Source: Thermoanaerobaculia bacterium
Lineage (GTDB): Bacteria > Acidobacteriota > Thermoanaerobaculia > UBA5066
Reading direction: 5' to 3'
DNA length: 64,000 nucleotides
Assembly (NCBI GenBank): GCA_963719225.1
Contig: CAVRAY010000001.1
Coordinates: forward strand, 3,296,001 to 3,360,000
In this document: one piece after another, positions 10,210 to 20,023 of the stretch
Layout: each line of letters begins with the position of its first letter
Numbering within the stretch: position 1 is the stretch's first letter
Position numbers and translations under genes: made by a program
The notes under the pieces: generated by a model
The model's input: only the letters and a program-made list of their open reading frames with translations
Databases searched by the model: none
Told to the model about the DNA's origin: nothing

Positions 10210-11112
10210 CTACCTGTTTCCGGAGAGGTCCGCGTAGACGATCGATACCCACACGTCGGGCTTCATGAAGCCCTTGCCCCATTTCTCGTCGAGCGCGGCC
10301 GTGGGCTTCGCGGCTTTCACCTCGTCGAGCGATTTGCCCGCCTTCACGAGGGGCGCGACCGCGTCGCGGGAGGCCGCCAGCATGTTCCGGAACGCCTTGA
10401 GGTCGGCCTTGTTGCCGGAGGGCCCGTGCCCCGGGATGATTTTCGTGGAAGCATCGCCCATCCCGAGCCCGCGGTCGCAGGCCGCGATCATCCCGGCGAT
10501 CGAGCCGCCGGTCGAGAGGTCGACGAACGGATACATGCCGTTGAAGAACGTATCGCCCATGTGGAGCACGTTCGCCTTCCGGAAATAGACGATCGCGTCG
10601 CCGTCCGTGTGCGCGGGCGGCACGTGGAAGGCGTCCACATCGTCCCCGTTCACGTGGAACGAGACGGAATCCACGAACGTCACGAGCGGGAGCGCGGCCG
10701 CGGGCGACGGCGGCACCTTCGAGTTGAAGGCCTTGATGAGCTGCTCGGAGGACATGCGCCTGCGGACGTTGTCGTGGGCCACGATGACGACGCCGGTCTT
10801 CCCGAGGTTCTCGTTGCCGCCCACGTGGTCCCCGTGCCAGTGCGTGTTCAGGACGAAGCGCACGCGCTGCTTGCTGATGCCGGCGATCGCTGCCTTGATC
10901 TTGTCCGAAAGGGGCGCGTACTGGCTGTCGATCATGAAGACGCCGTCCGCGCCCGCCGAGACGCCGATGTTGCCGCCAGCCCCGGTCAGCATCCACACGC
11001 CTTCGGCGAGCTTCTCGGTCTTGATCTCTACCTTGCTGAAATCCTGCTGGGCGAAGGCGGGCAGGGACGCGCAAGCGAAGAGAAGGGCGACGGATACAAA
11101 TTTGCTTTTCAT
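10210..11112 (-). CDS. Exported MBL-fold metallo-hydrolase (cyclase-like)
   Basis: THWHGDH, HTDGD, GD, IPGHG; signal peptide. Confidence 0.9.
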   Translation of the reverse strand: MKSKFVSVALLFACASLPAFAQQDFSKVEIKTEKLAEGVWMLTGAGGNIGVSAGADGVFMIDSQYAPLSDKIKAAIAGISKQRVRFVLNTHWHGDHVGGNENLGKTGVVIVAHDNVRRRMSSEQLIKAFNSKVPPSPAAALPLVTFVDSVSFHVNGDDVDAFHVPPAHTDGDAIVYFRKANVLHMGDTFFNGMYPFVDLSTGGSIAGMIAACDRGLGMGDASTKIIPGHGPSGNKADLKAFRNMLAASRDAVAPLVKAGKSLDEVKAAKPTAALDEKWGKGFMKPDVWVSIVYADLSGNR

Positions 11113-11166
11113 CGGAATATTCTATTTGAACGGCCCGATACGTCCGCGGTCATTTCAGCGTCGGGT

Positions 11167-11880
11167 CTATTGCTTTCTAAGAATCTTCTCGTGCTCCCCG
11201 GCCGCCAACGCCGCCACGACGAATCTCTTCGGAGCGGCGCCGATGAAGTCGAAGGGATAGCACGTGACGAGGGTCAGTTCGCGGGTACCGATCGTTCCCG
11301 CGAGGACGCCGACCTGGGCCGGATCCACGACGCGCGCGCTCGCGACGCGATACGTCTCCGAGCCGTCGAGCGTCGTCAGACGCATGAGGTCGCCCTGGCG
11401 GACGTCCCTCAGCGCCCGGAAGAACGTGTCGCGGTGCGCCGCCAGGCCCACGTTACCGGCCTCGCCGGGGCGCGCCGTGCCGGGGATGTGCCCGACCGCG
11501 AGCTTAAGGGTTTCGTCGTCGATTCCTTCCCGCACCATCGCCTGGATCCCGAGCCGCGGGATCTCGAGCCGTCCCAGCACGATTGGCGCCGGTCGAGGAT
11601 CGGGGTCGGGGGGAAGGGTGGTCGCGGACCGGAAGCCGAGAGGAGCCTCGGCCATGGCAACGGCTGGAGGCGACGCCCGGGATTCCAAAGCCCGGTCGAA
11701 GGCTTCGCTCTCGACCTTCTGGTAGACGTACGATCGGACGATCGTCGTCGCCGCGGCGCCTACGCACAAGAGCCCGACCAGCCAGAAAAAGCGCTCGGAG
11801 AGAGCCCGCACCCTAGCGGCCCGCCCGGCGCCGCGGGAAGCCGGCGCGCGGGCGGGGCTGGTTGCGGGAAGACGCGTCAC
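11167..11880 (-). CDS. Class D-like sortase
   Basis: AAHRDTFF His, LTLVTCYPF Cys, KRFVV Arg; N-terminal TM. Confidence 0.9.
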   Translation of the reverse strand: MTRLPATSPARAPASRGAGRAARVRALSERFFWLVGLLCVGAAATTIVRSYVYQKVESEAFDRALESRASPPAVAMAEAPLGFRSATTLPPDPDPRPAPIVLGRLEIPRLGIQAMVREGIDDETLKLAVGHIPGTARPGEAGNVGLAAHRDTFFRALRDVRQGDLMRLTTLDGSETYRVASARVVDPAQVGVLAGTIGTRELTLVTCYPFDFIGAAPKRFVVAALAAGEHEKILRKQ

Positions 11881-11882
11881 CC

Positions 11883-12572
11883 TCAGGAGCGGCCTGCGAA
11901 GCGAAGGCCCGACGCGGCGCCGAGCGCGAGGATTCCAGCGGCGAGAACGAGCGGCGTCTTGCTCCCCGTCTTCGGAAGGGTGTCGGAGGCGTCCGCCGTC
12001 ATCGTTGCGGGAGCAGGTGCCGGGGCGGCTTCGGCCATCACAGGGGCGGGCGGAGGCGGCGCGGGCGGCTCGATGGGCTTCGGCGGCTCGGCATCGGAGA
12101 CGACCGCGGCAGGCGCGGGCTGATTCGAGAGCCTAGTCGACTGCTCCGCCGTCAGCGCGGGAACCTCCGTGTTCGTCATCTGCCTCAGCGCAGCGGCCCG
12201 GTCCGGCGGATACAGGAAATCCTGCCCATAACGGTCGTTCGGCCGGTACCAGGTGCGCAAGACTTTGTTGGCATTCTCGGGAACGCTGTAGAACGTGAAC
12301 TCGGTGTGGCGCGGTTGGTCCGCCGCTTCGTGCGGAACGCAGATCGCCGTCGCATAGGTCTTCTTCCCGTCGACGCTCGTGATCGCCACGATGTTGTTCT
12401 GGGTGTCGACGAGCTTCACGACGTACGTGCCGGGATCGAGAATGGCTCCGGGCACCTCGAGGGGCGTGGTGATCGTGAGCGTCGACGTCTTCTCGGGCGG
12501 CACGTCTCCAGCCCGCACCGCGCCGACAAGCCCGATGGCAATGACGGCTAAAAGGATGCGAAAAGCTTTCAT
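11883..12572 (-). CDS. LPXTG-anchored exported protein (probable sortase substrate)
   Basis: Signal peptide MKAFRILLAV, Pro/Ala linker, LPKTG followed by a hydrophobic stretch and basic tail; GGAGG RBS. Confidence 0.85.
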   Translation of the reverse strand: MKAFRILLAVIAIGLVGAVRAGDVPPEKTSTLTITTPLEVPGAILDPGTYVVKLVDTQNNIVAITSVDGKKTYATAICVPHEAADQPRHTEFTFYSVPENANKVLRTWYRPNDRYGQDFLYPPDRAAALRQMTNTEVPALTAEQSTRLSNQPAPAAVVSDAEPPKPIEPPAPPPPAPVMAEAAPAPAPATMTADASDTLPKTGSKTPLVLAAGILALGAASGLRFAGRS

Positions 12573-12727
12573 GTTCTGAACCTCCTCCTCGGTCCGGCAG
12601 CAATGGTCATGCCCAGGACCCGGACAGCAAGGCTCTTGAAAAATGCACCGAGCGCGCAAAGATTACGCGTTCAGAATGTGTGGCTTGCTTGACACGATCG
12701 GATCGAAAAGGAACCATCCTTCGTGCC

Positions 12728-13744
12728 ATGAGCGGCGTTTACCAGCTGGCCCTCCTGGAGTCATCGCCTGGCATCGTGCTGGTCGTCGACGACGACGCGC
12801 AGGTACGCGGCTTGCTCGTGGCCCTGCTGCGGCCCCGCGGCTATCAAGTCGAGACGGCCGCTTCGGCCGAGGAGGCGCAGGAGCGCCTGAAGACCCTCCG
12901 GCCGGACGTCCTTCTCCTCGACCTCCATCTCCCCGGAAAGAGCGGGCAGGAAGTGCTTGCGCAGCTCCGCAGCGATCCGGTCACGAGGCTTCTGCCCATC
13001 GTCATGATCACGGGCGGCGCGACCGGCGAGGACCGCCTGCGCGCCATCGCGGAGGGCGTCACGGACTTCGTCGCAAAGCCATTCGCCGTGGAGGAGCTCC
13101 TCGCGAGACTGAAGGCTCTCGTGCAGCTGAAGCGCTTCACCGACGCCCTCGAGCACGCAGAGAACGTGATCGTCGCCCTCGCGCGGGCGATCGACGCCCG
13201 CGACCCGTACACGGCGCAGCACAGCGAACGCGTCTCGAAGTACGCGGGTCGCCTCGGGGCGGCGGTCGGCCTCAGGGACCTCGACCTGGAAGCGGTCAGC
13301 CGGGGCGGCCTGTTTCACGACATCGGCAAGATCGCGATCCGGGACGCCGTGCTGCTCAAGCCCGCGCGCCTCACCCCCGAGGAGTTCGCCGAGATCCGCC
13401 GGCATCCGGTCGTCGGCCGCGAGCTTCTCTCGGGCATGAAGACGCTCTCCTTCGCGCTCGACGTCGTCTACGGGCACCACGAGCGGCTCGACGGATCCGG
13501 CTACCCGGACGGCCTCCAGGGCGAATCCATCCCGCTCACCGCCCGCGTCACGACGATCGCGGACATCTACGACGCGCTGACGACGGCGCGCGTTTACCGC
13601 GCCGCTCTCACGCGCGCGGAGGCGCTCGCGATCATGGATGCGGAGGCCCGCCGCGGCTGGTGGGACCTCGGGCTCCTCGACGTGTTCCGGGGAGTCCTCG
13701 AGGGAATTCCCGAGGACGTCTCGCGCGTCCTCGCCGGACCTTGA
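12728..13744 (+). CDS. Response regulator with HD-GYP phosphodiesterase (RpfG-like)
   Basis: REC (VVDDD, LLD, KP), HDIGK, HHERLDGSGYP. Confidence 0.92.
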   Translation: MSGVYQLALLESSPGIVLVVDDDAQVRGLLVALLRPRGYQVETAASAEEAQERLKTLRPDVLLLDLHLPGKSGQEVLAQLRSDPVTRLLPIVMITGGATGEDRLRAIAEGVTDFVAKPFAVEELLARLKALVQLKRFTDALEHAENVIVALARAIDARDPYTAQHSERVSKYAGRLGAAVGLRDLDLEAVSRGGLFHDIGKIAIRDAVLLKPARLTPEEFAEIRRHPVVGRELLSGMKTLSFALDVVYGHHERLDGSGYPDGLQGESIPLTARVTTIADIYDALTTARVYRAALTRAEALAIMDAEARRGWWDLGLLDVFRGVLEGIPEDVSRVLAGP

Positions 13745-13750
13745 AAGGCG

Positions 13751-15094
13751 TCAGGCGGGTTTCCCGAGGATCGCGACCACCTTGCCGAGCATGGACTTGA
13801 GATCGAGAGGCTTCGCGAGGAAGTCGACCGCTCCCGTCTGGCCCGCGAAGAGCACGCGGTTCTTCTCCGGGAAGCCCGACATGAAGAGGACGGGGATCTG
13901 CGCCCTCTCCGGCCGCGATTTCAGGACCCGCACGGTGTCGAACCCGTCGACCCCGGGCATCAGCACGTCGATGATGATGAGATCGACCTTCAGCGTCTCG
14001 AGAAGAGTCAACGCGTCCTCTCCGGACGTCGAGGGCACGGCTTCGAATCCGCCTCGCGTGAGGTACGTGCAGACGAGGTCCCTCACCTGCTCTTCGTCGT
14101 CCACGACGAGCACGACCGGCCGGCGACCGGGCGTTCCCGCGGGCAGGATGGCGTTCCGAGCGTGGACGGCCGTCTTCACGCGGGCCGCGGCGGGCGCTGC
14201 CGGCTTGACGGCGCGTTCCCGCGGCGCCAGGAGCCGTTCGAGCGCCTCGAACGACGACGCCAAAGCCGCAGCGGAGGGAAAACGGTCCTCGGGCTTCTTC
14301 TCGAGACACCTCAGGACGGTTGCCGCGAGCTCGCGCGGGACGCCGCGACCCTCGAGCCTGTCGCGGGAGACCGTCGTCCCGAGATGCTTCTGCGCGATCG
14401 ACAGGAAGGTGCGCCCCGTGAACATCCGGCGGCCGCTCAGGATCTCGAACGCGATGGCGCCGATGGAATAGATGTCGCTCCGTTCGTCCACCACGCGGCC
14501 GCGCACCTGCTCGGGAGACATGTAGTGCGGCGTTCCGAGCGCCGCCCCCGCCCGCGTGATTCGGGGATCGGTCCGGTTCGTGTCGTGCGCGAGCCCGAAG
14601 TCGAGAACCGAGACTTCGCCCGAATGGCGCACCATCACGTTCGCCGGTTTCAGGTCACGGTGCACGATGCCCGCGGCGTGCGCGGCCGCGACGGCTCGCG
14701 TGAGCGGCGTGAGGATCCGAAGCGCCTTGCGCGCGGGAAGCGGGCCGTCGAAATCGATGATCGTTCCGAGGTCGCGCCCCTCGACGAACTCCATCGTCAG
14801 GTACGGCCGTTCCTCCGCCACGCCGTAGTCGTAGAGGCGACAGACGTTGGGATGACTGATCTTCCGGTTCAGGCTGACTTCGCCCTTGAACCGCGTGAGG
14901 ACCGTCTCCCGCTCCTCGCCGGCGGATCGCCGCATGACCTTGATCGCGATGATCTCGTTCAGCTCCCGGTCGAGCGCTTTGAAGACGTATCCCATGCCGC
15001 CCTGCCCGAGGGGCCCCAGGTGCTCGTATCGCGGCAGCGATGCAAAAAAGCTCTCGCAGAGAGCGGCTGGAGCAGGGCCGGTGCGTTCTCCCAC
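13751..15094 (-). CDS. Hanks-type Ser/Thr kinase with C-terminal receiver domain
   Basis: GQGGMG, AIK, HRDLKPAN, DFG, SPEQ; then VVDDE..D..MP..KP; start approximate (GTG). Confidence 0.88.
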   Translation of the reverse strand: MGERTGPAPAALCESFFASLPRYEHLGPLGQGGMGYVFKALDRELNEIIAIKVMRRSAGEERETVLTRFKGEVSLNRKISHPNVCRLYDYGVAEERPYLTMEFVEGRDLGTIIDFDGPLPARKALRILTPLTRAVAAAHAAGIVHRDLKPANVMVRHSGEVSVLDFGLAHDTNRTDPRITRAGAALGTPHYMSPEQVRGRVVDERSDIYSIGAIAFEILSGRRMFTGRTFLSIAQKHLGTTVSRDRLEGRGVPRELAATVLRCLEKKPEDRFPSAAALASSFEALERLLAPRERAVKPAAPAAARVKTAVHARNAILPAGTPGRRPVVLVVDDEEQVRDLVCTYLTRGGFEAVPSTSGEDALTLLETLKVDLIIIDVLMPGVDGFDTVRVLKSRPERAQIPVLFMSGFPEKNRVLFAGQTGAVDFLAKPLDLKSMLGKVVAILGKPA

Positions 15095-15111
15095 GAGCCG
15101 ATTATGGCGGC

Positions 15112-15543
15112 TCAGCCGGCGGGGGTTGGCGGCGTCAGCGTGCCTTGCGCCGTCACGACGACGTCCAGTCCGAGCAGCTCGGCGCAATAACGCGCCAGAT
15201 CCTCGTTGCTGAAATCGTCCCACCCGCCGCAGGTCTCGTGCTCTTTTTGCTGAACGTCGCAGGCGAGAGGCAGCTGGTTCACGGTCTGGCGCGCGAGCTC
15301 CCACTGGTTCCCGAGCGCCTCGAGCTGCCAGCGGTTCGCGCCCGGCCTCCGCTTCACGATGCCCGCGAGGTGATCCCGGAGCTCCTTGTCGTCGAGCTTG
15401 CGGAAGCCCTGGCAGAAGATCCCGCGGTCGCCCGCGACCCGGCACATCGAGTGGTCTTCGTCCGTCAGCGTGAGCAGGAACTCGCGAAGCGACCGGATCG
15501 CCCACGCTCGGGCCACGACGCGCGGGGAGGAAGGAGCGCCCAT
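15112..15543 (-). CDS. Hypothetical Cys/His-containing protein (143 aa)
   Basis: Codon usage fits the genome; fills the gap directly upstream of the kinase; family not recognised. Confidence 0.7.
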   Translation of the reverse strand: MGAPSSPRVVARAWAIRSLREFLLTLTDEDHSMCRVAGDRGIFCQGFRKLDDKELRDHLAGIVKRRPGANRWQLEALGNQWELARQTVNQLPLACDVQQKEHETCGGWDDFSNEDLARYCAELLGLDVVVTAQGTLTPPTPAG

Positions 15544-15615
15544 GGCACGATTATCCTCCCGCCCGATTCGGGCGCCCTCATAGTGCAGAAGCATCAGGCC
15601 GAAAGGAGCAACGAC

Positions 15616-16053
15616 ATGGTCAAGGGAAACCTCCTCGAGCGCTTCTCGCGGGCCGCGACCGAGGCCGCCGGAAGTTCGCCGGCCTTCGGTCTCGCCGTTC
15701 TCGTGATCGTGATATGGGGCGTGACCGGTCCGCTCTTCCACTTTTCGGATACGTGGCAGCTCGTCATCAACACGGGGACCACCATCGTCACGTTCCTCAT
15801 GGTCTTCCTCATCCAGCGCAGCCAGAACAAGGACTCGCGCGCCGTGCATCTGAAGCTGAACGAGGTCGTCGCGGCTCTCAAGGGGGCGAGCAACCGGCTC
15901 ATCGACGCCGAAGGACTTACCGAAGCCGAGCTCGCGATCCTGCACAAGCACTATCGCCAGCTCGCGGAGCTCACGAAGAAGGAAGAATCCCTCACGAAGT
16001 CCCATTCCGTCGAGGAGGCCGAGCGCCGTCACGCCTCGAAGTGGAGGAAATGA
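15616..16053 (+). CDS. Low-affinity iron permease family protein
   Basis: FSDTWQLVINTGTTIVTFLMVFLIQ..QN.D...HLKL.E signature; AGGAG RBS. Confidence 0.88.
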   Translation: MVKGNLLERFSRAATEAAGSSPAFGLAVLVIVIWGVTGPLFHFSDTWQLVINTGTTIVTFLMVFLIQRSQNKDSRAVHLKLNEVVAALKGASNRLIDAEGLTEAELAILHKHYRQLAELTKKEESLTKSHSVEEAERRHASKWRK

Positions 16054-16105
16054 GCTCGTCCCTGCGCCCTTGCGGCCCCGAGCCGAACTTCCTATCGTCG
16101 CGCAC

Positions 16106-18193
16106 ATGAGAATCGGAACCCTGATCGCCCTGTTTGCGTTCGCCGTCCTGTCAGCCGTCTCCGGGACCTCGTGCGCTCCCGCTCCGCCCGCCCCCGGCGC
16201 CTCGGCGGCGGTTCCCTCGTCCCACGGCGTCGATCTCGCCGGAATCGACCGATCCGTCGCACCCGGAGACGACTTCTTCCGCTACGCGAACGGAACGTGG
16301 CTGAAGTCCACCGAGATCCCCGCCGACCGAAGCGTCTGGGGCGTCGGCAGCGCCCTCGAAGAGCTGACGGCCCGGCGGACGGCCGACCTCATCACCGAGG
16401 CCTCGAAGACGGAAGCGCCCGCCGGCTCGGACGCGCGGAAGGTCGGCGACACTTACGCGACCTTCATGGACGAGTCGGCCATCGAGGCAAAGGGCCTCGC
16501 GCCGCTCCAGCCCGCGCTCGATCACCTCGCGGCGATCCCGGATGCTGCGGCGCTCGCGCGCGCCCTCGGAGGCACGCTGCGCGCCGACGTCGACGTCCTG
16601 AACAATACGAACTTCCACACCGCGAATCTGTTCGGCCTCTGGGTGGCCCAGGATCTCGACGACCCTGGCCGCTACTCGCCCTTCCTCCTGCAGGGCGGCC
16701 TGGGAATGCCGGACCGCGACTACTACGTCGACCCGTCGCCGCGCATGGCGGAGATCCGGAAGCGCTACCAGGCGCACATCGCCGCCGTCCTGAAGGTCGC
16801 CGGCATCGCCGACGCCGAGGCGAAGGCCGCTAGGATCTTCGAGCTGGAGCATCGCATCGCCGAGGCGCACGTGAGCCGGGCGGACTCGGAGGACGTACGG
16901 AAGGGCAACAACCACTGGACGCGGCGGGATTTCATCGACCGCGCGCCGGGACTCGACTGGGAGGCCTTCTTCTCAGCCGCGGGGCTCCCGACCCAGAACG
17001 AGTTCGTCGTCTGGCAGCCGGGCGCCGTCACGGGCATCGCCGCTCTCGTTCGCGATCAGCCGCTCGCGATCTGGAAGGACTACCTGGTCTTTCGCGCCGT
17101 CGAGCGTGCCGCCACTTACCTGCCGAGCGCCTTCGTCGACGAGCAGTTCGCGTTCTACGGCAAAGTGCTCTCCGGCACGCCGAAGCTGCGCGACCGGTGG
17201 AAGCGCGGCGTGAACGTCACGGACGCCGCGCTCGGCGAGGTCGTGGGAAAGCTCTACGTGGCGCGCTATTTCCCGGCCGCCGAGAAGGCGCGGGCCGAAG
17301 AGATGGTTCGCAACGAGGTGGCGGCGTTCGGCCGCCGCATCGACCGCCTCGACTGGATGGCCGCCCGGACGAAGCTCGAGGCGAAGGCGAAGCTCGCGGC
17401 CCTGAAGGTGGGAATCGGTTATCCGGACAAGTGGCGCGATTACTCGGCGCTCGAGGTGGTCCGGGGCGACGCGCTCGGCAATGCGCGGCGCGCCTCGCTG
17501 TTCCGGTACCACTGGAACCTGAAGAAGCTCGGCCAGCCGGTCGACCGCGGCGAGTGGGTCATGAACCCGCAGCTCGTCAACGCGGTCAATCTCCCGGCGA
17601 TGAACGCGCTCAATTTCCCGGCGGCGATCCTGCAGCCGCCGAACTTCGACCCCGCGCGGCCGCCCGTCATGGATTACGGCGCCATCGGCTCGGTCATCGG
17701 CCACGAGATCAGCCACAGCTTCGACGACCAGGGGGCCCTGTTCGACGCGAAGGGGCGGCTGGAGAACTGGTGGACGAAGGAGGACTTCGCTCATTTCCGC
17801 GCGTCGGCCGGGGCTCTCGTCAGGCAGTACGACGCCTATCACCCGTTTCCGGACCTCGCCGTGAACGGGAAGCTCACGGTGAGCGAGAACATCGCCGACG
17901 TCGCCGGGCTCGCCGCGGCCTACGACGCCTACCGGCTCTCCCTCTCGGGCAAGGAGGCGCCGACCGTCCATGGGCTCGAGGGCGACCAGCAGTTCTTCCT
18001 GAGCTTCGCCCAGAGCTGGCGGACGAAGTTCCGCGAGCCGGCGCTTCGCCAACGCATCGTGATCGACAGCCACGCGCCGGCCGAGTACCGCGCCGACACC
18101 GTCCGGAATCTGGATGCCTGGTACGACGCCTTCGACGTGAAACCCGGCCAGAAGCTCTATCTCGCCACGAAGGACCGTGTCCGCGTCTGGTGA
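16106..18193 (+). CDS. M13 family zinc metallopeptidase (probable lipoprotein)
   Basis: DDFFRYANG, VNA, GHEISHSFD, ENIAD; signal peptide ending in GTSC. Confidence 0.93.
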   Translation: MRIGTLIALFAFAVLSAVSGTSCAPAPPAPGASAAVPSSHGVDLAGIDRSVAPGDDFFRYANGTWLKSTEIPADRSVWGVGSALEELTARRTADLITEASKTEAPAGSDARKVGDTYATFMDESAIEAKGLAPLQPALDHLAAIPDAAALARALGGTLRADVDVLNNTNFHTANLFGLWVAQDLDDPGRYSPFLLQGGLGMPDRDYYVDPSPRMAEIRKRYQAHIAAVLKVAGIADAEAKAARIFELEHRIAEAHVSRADSEDVRKGNNHWTRRDFIDRAPGLDWEAFFSAAGLPTQNEFVVWQPGAVTGIAALVRDQPLAIWKDYLVFRAVERAATYLPSAFVDEQFAFYGKVLSGTPKLRDRWKRGVNVTDAALGEVVGKLYVARYFPAAEKARAEEMVRNEVAAFGRRIDRLDWMAARTKLEAKAKLAALKVGIGYPDKWRDYSALEVVRGDALGNARRASLFRYHWNLKKLGQPVDRGEWVMNPQLVNAVNLPAMNALNFPAAILQPPNFDPARPPVMDYGAIGSVIGHEISHSFDDQGALFDAKGRLENWWTKEDFAHFRASAGALVRQYDAYHPFPDLAVNGKLTVSENIADVAGLAAAYDAYRLSLSGKEAPTVHGLEGDQQFFLSFAQSWRTKFREPALRQRIVIDSHAPAEYRADTVRNLDAWYDAFDVKPGQKLYLATKDRVRVW

Positions 18194-18209
18194 AAAGCGG
18201 CTGATCCGG

Positions 18210-18719
18210 TCAGGGAGCGCCACGCGCGCGCTCCGCCTCGACGAGGCGCGCGCGTGTATACGGCACGAGGCCGCCCGCGTCCAGGATCGCCTGGCGCGCC
18301 TTCGGCAGCGGGTCGATCTTGAACGCCCGGCTCGACGTGAGGTCGAGGATGAGGCCGTCCTCGAAGACGACCTCGTCTCCTTCGAGCGCCTCGAACGAGG
18401 GGGCCGGGACGACGCTGAGCCCGAGGTTGATCGCGTTCTGCAGGAAGATGCGCGCGAAGCTCCGCGCGACGATCGTCAGTTCGAGCCCCTTGAGGCACGA
18501 CGCCGCCTGCTCGCGCGAGGAGCCGCAGCCGAAGTTCTGCCCGGCCGCGACGACCGAACCGGGCGGAATCGCCCCGGCGCTCACTGCGGCCCGGAAAGCC
18601 TGGTGGTCGGCGAACGCGTGCGCGGGGGTCTCGCTCGGAAGGACCGTGGCCATGTACCGCCCGGGATAGACGACGTCCGTCGAGACGTCGTCGCCGAGCT
18701 TCAGGATGACGCGTGGCAT
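18210..18719 (-). CDS. LeuD/HacB/DmdB-like dehydratase small subunit
   Basis: DVSTD...PGRY, NFGCGSSREQA, SFARIF.QNAIN.G. Confidence 0.9.
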   Translation of the reverse strand: MPRVILKLGDDVSTDVVYPGRYMATVLPSETPAHAFADHQAFRAAVSAGAIPPGSVVAAGQNFGCGSSREQAASCLKGLELTIVARSFARIFLQNAINLGLSVVPAPSFEALEGDEVVFEDGLILDLTSSRAFKIDPLPKARQAILDAGGLVPYTRARLVEAERARGAP

Positions 18720-18720
18720 C

Positions 18721-20010
18721 TCATGGCTCCTTTCGCGGATCGGTGATGACGCCGGTCAGGGCCGACGCCGCCGCGACCGCCGGCGAGGCGAGGTAGACCT
18801 CGGCGGCCGGGTTCCCCATCCGTCCCTTGAAGTTCCGGTTCGTCGTCGAGATCGCCGTTTCCCCGTCTCCGAGCGCCCCTTCGTGGATGCCGAGGCACGG
18901 TCCGCAGCCCGGGTTCATCACGACGGCACCGGCGGCCATGAAGTCGCCGAGGTAGCCGAGCTGGAGGGCCTGCTGGTAGATGCGGGCCGAAGCCGGAAAG
19001 ACGAGCATCCGCGTCCCGGGCGCCACCCGGCCCCCGCGCACGATGCGCGCCGCTTGCGCGAGGTCGTCCAGCCGCCCGTTCGTGCACGACCCGATCACGA
19101 CCTGCTGCACGGGGGTCCCCGCGACGGCTGTCACGGGCTTGACGTTGTCGACCGCGTGCGGACAGGCGACGAGCGGCTGAAGCTCCGAGACGTCTACCGA
19201 AACGACCCTCTCGACCTCCGCGTCCCGGTCGCTCGCCACGAGGTCGATCGGCTCCAGGACGTGCGCTTCCTCGCGCAGGTACCGGATCGTCTCCGCGTCT
19301 CCCGGCACGATGCCGGAAGTCGCCCCGGCCTCGACCGACATGTTGCACAGGACGAGGCGGCCCGAGGTCGCGAGCCGGTCGATCGTCCCGCCCGAGAACT
19401 CGAGCACGCGGAAGTTCGCTCCCTGCGCCGTGAGAAGGCCGACGAGATGGAGGATCAGGTCCTTCGGCCCGACGAGATCGGGAAAGATCCCTTCGATCTC
19501 GACCCGGATCGTGGGGGGAACTTCGACGTTCACGGCGGCTCCGAGCGCCCACACGCTGGCCATCTCCGTGGCGCCGATCCCGAACGCGAACGCGCCGAGC
19601 GCGCCGTGGCTCGTCGTGTGGGAATCCGTGCCGACGACGACCATCCCGGGCCTCACGTAGCCGCGCTCGGGAAGGATCTGGTGGCAGATGCCGCCCGTGT
19701 CGCCGCGGATGTCGTGGAACTTCGCGATGCCGTGCTCGGCGACGAACGCGCGCACGCGTTTCTGGTTCGTGGCGGTCTTCGCGGATTCCGCCGGAATCCG
19801 GTGGTCGAAGATGATCGCGATTTTCGAGGGGTCCCACGGCCGCGGCGCAAGGCCCGTCCCCTCGTGGATCTCGTGGAACTGGTTGATCACGAGCGCCGCG
19901 TTCTCGTGCGACATCGCCAGGTCGACCCGAGGCTCGACCACGTCGCCCACGCGGACCGAGGCGCGATCGGAGGCGCGCGCGAGGACCTTCTCGACGACCG
20001 TCTGACCCAT
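18721..20010 (-). CDS. LeuC/HacA/DmdA-like [4Fe-4S] dehydratase large subunit
   Basis: DH, GICHQ, DSHT, IGSCTNGR, CGPCLG, TNRNFKGRMG. Confidence 0.92.
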   Translation of the reverse strand: MGQTVVEKVLARASDRASVRVGDVVEPRVDLAMSHENAALVINQFHEIHEGTGLAPRPWDPSKIAIIFDHRIPAESAKTATNQKRVRAFVAEHGIAKFHDIRGDTGGICHQILPERGYVRPGMVVVGTDSHTTSHGALGAFAFGIGATEMASVWALGAAVNVEVPPTIRVEIEGIFPDLVGPKDLILHLVGLLTAQGANFRVLEFSGGTIDRLATSGRLVLCNMSVEAGATSGIVPGDAETIRYLREEAHVLEPIDLVASDRDAEVERVVSVDVSELQPLVACPHAVDNVKPVTAVAGTPVQQVVIGSCTNGRLDDLAQAARIVRGGRVAPGTRMLVFPASARIYQQALQLGYLGDFMAAGAVVMNPGCGPCLGIHEGALGDGETAISTTNRNFKGRMGNPAAEVYLASPAVAAASALTGVITDPRKEP

Positions 20011-20023
20011 GTGTCTTCCCTCC

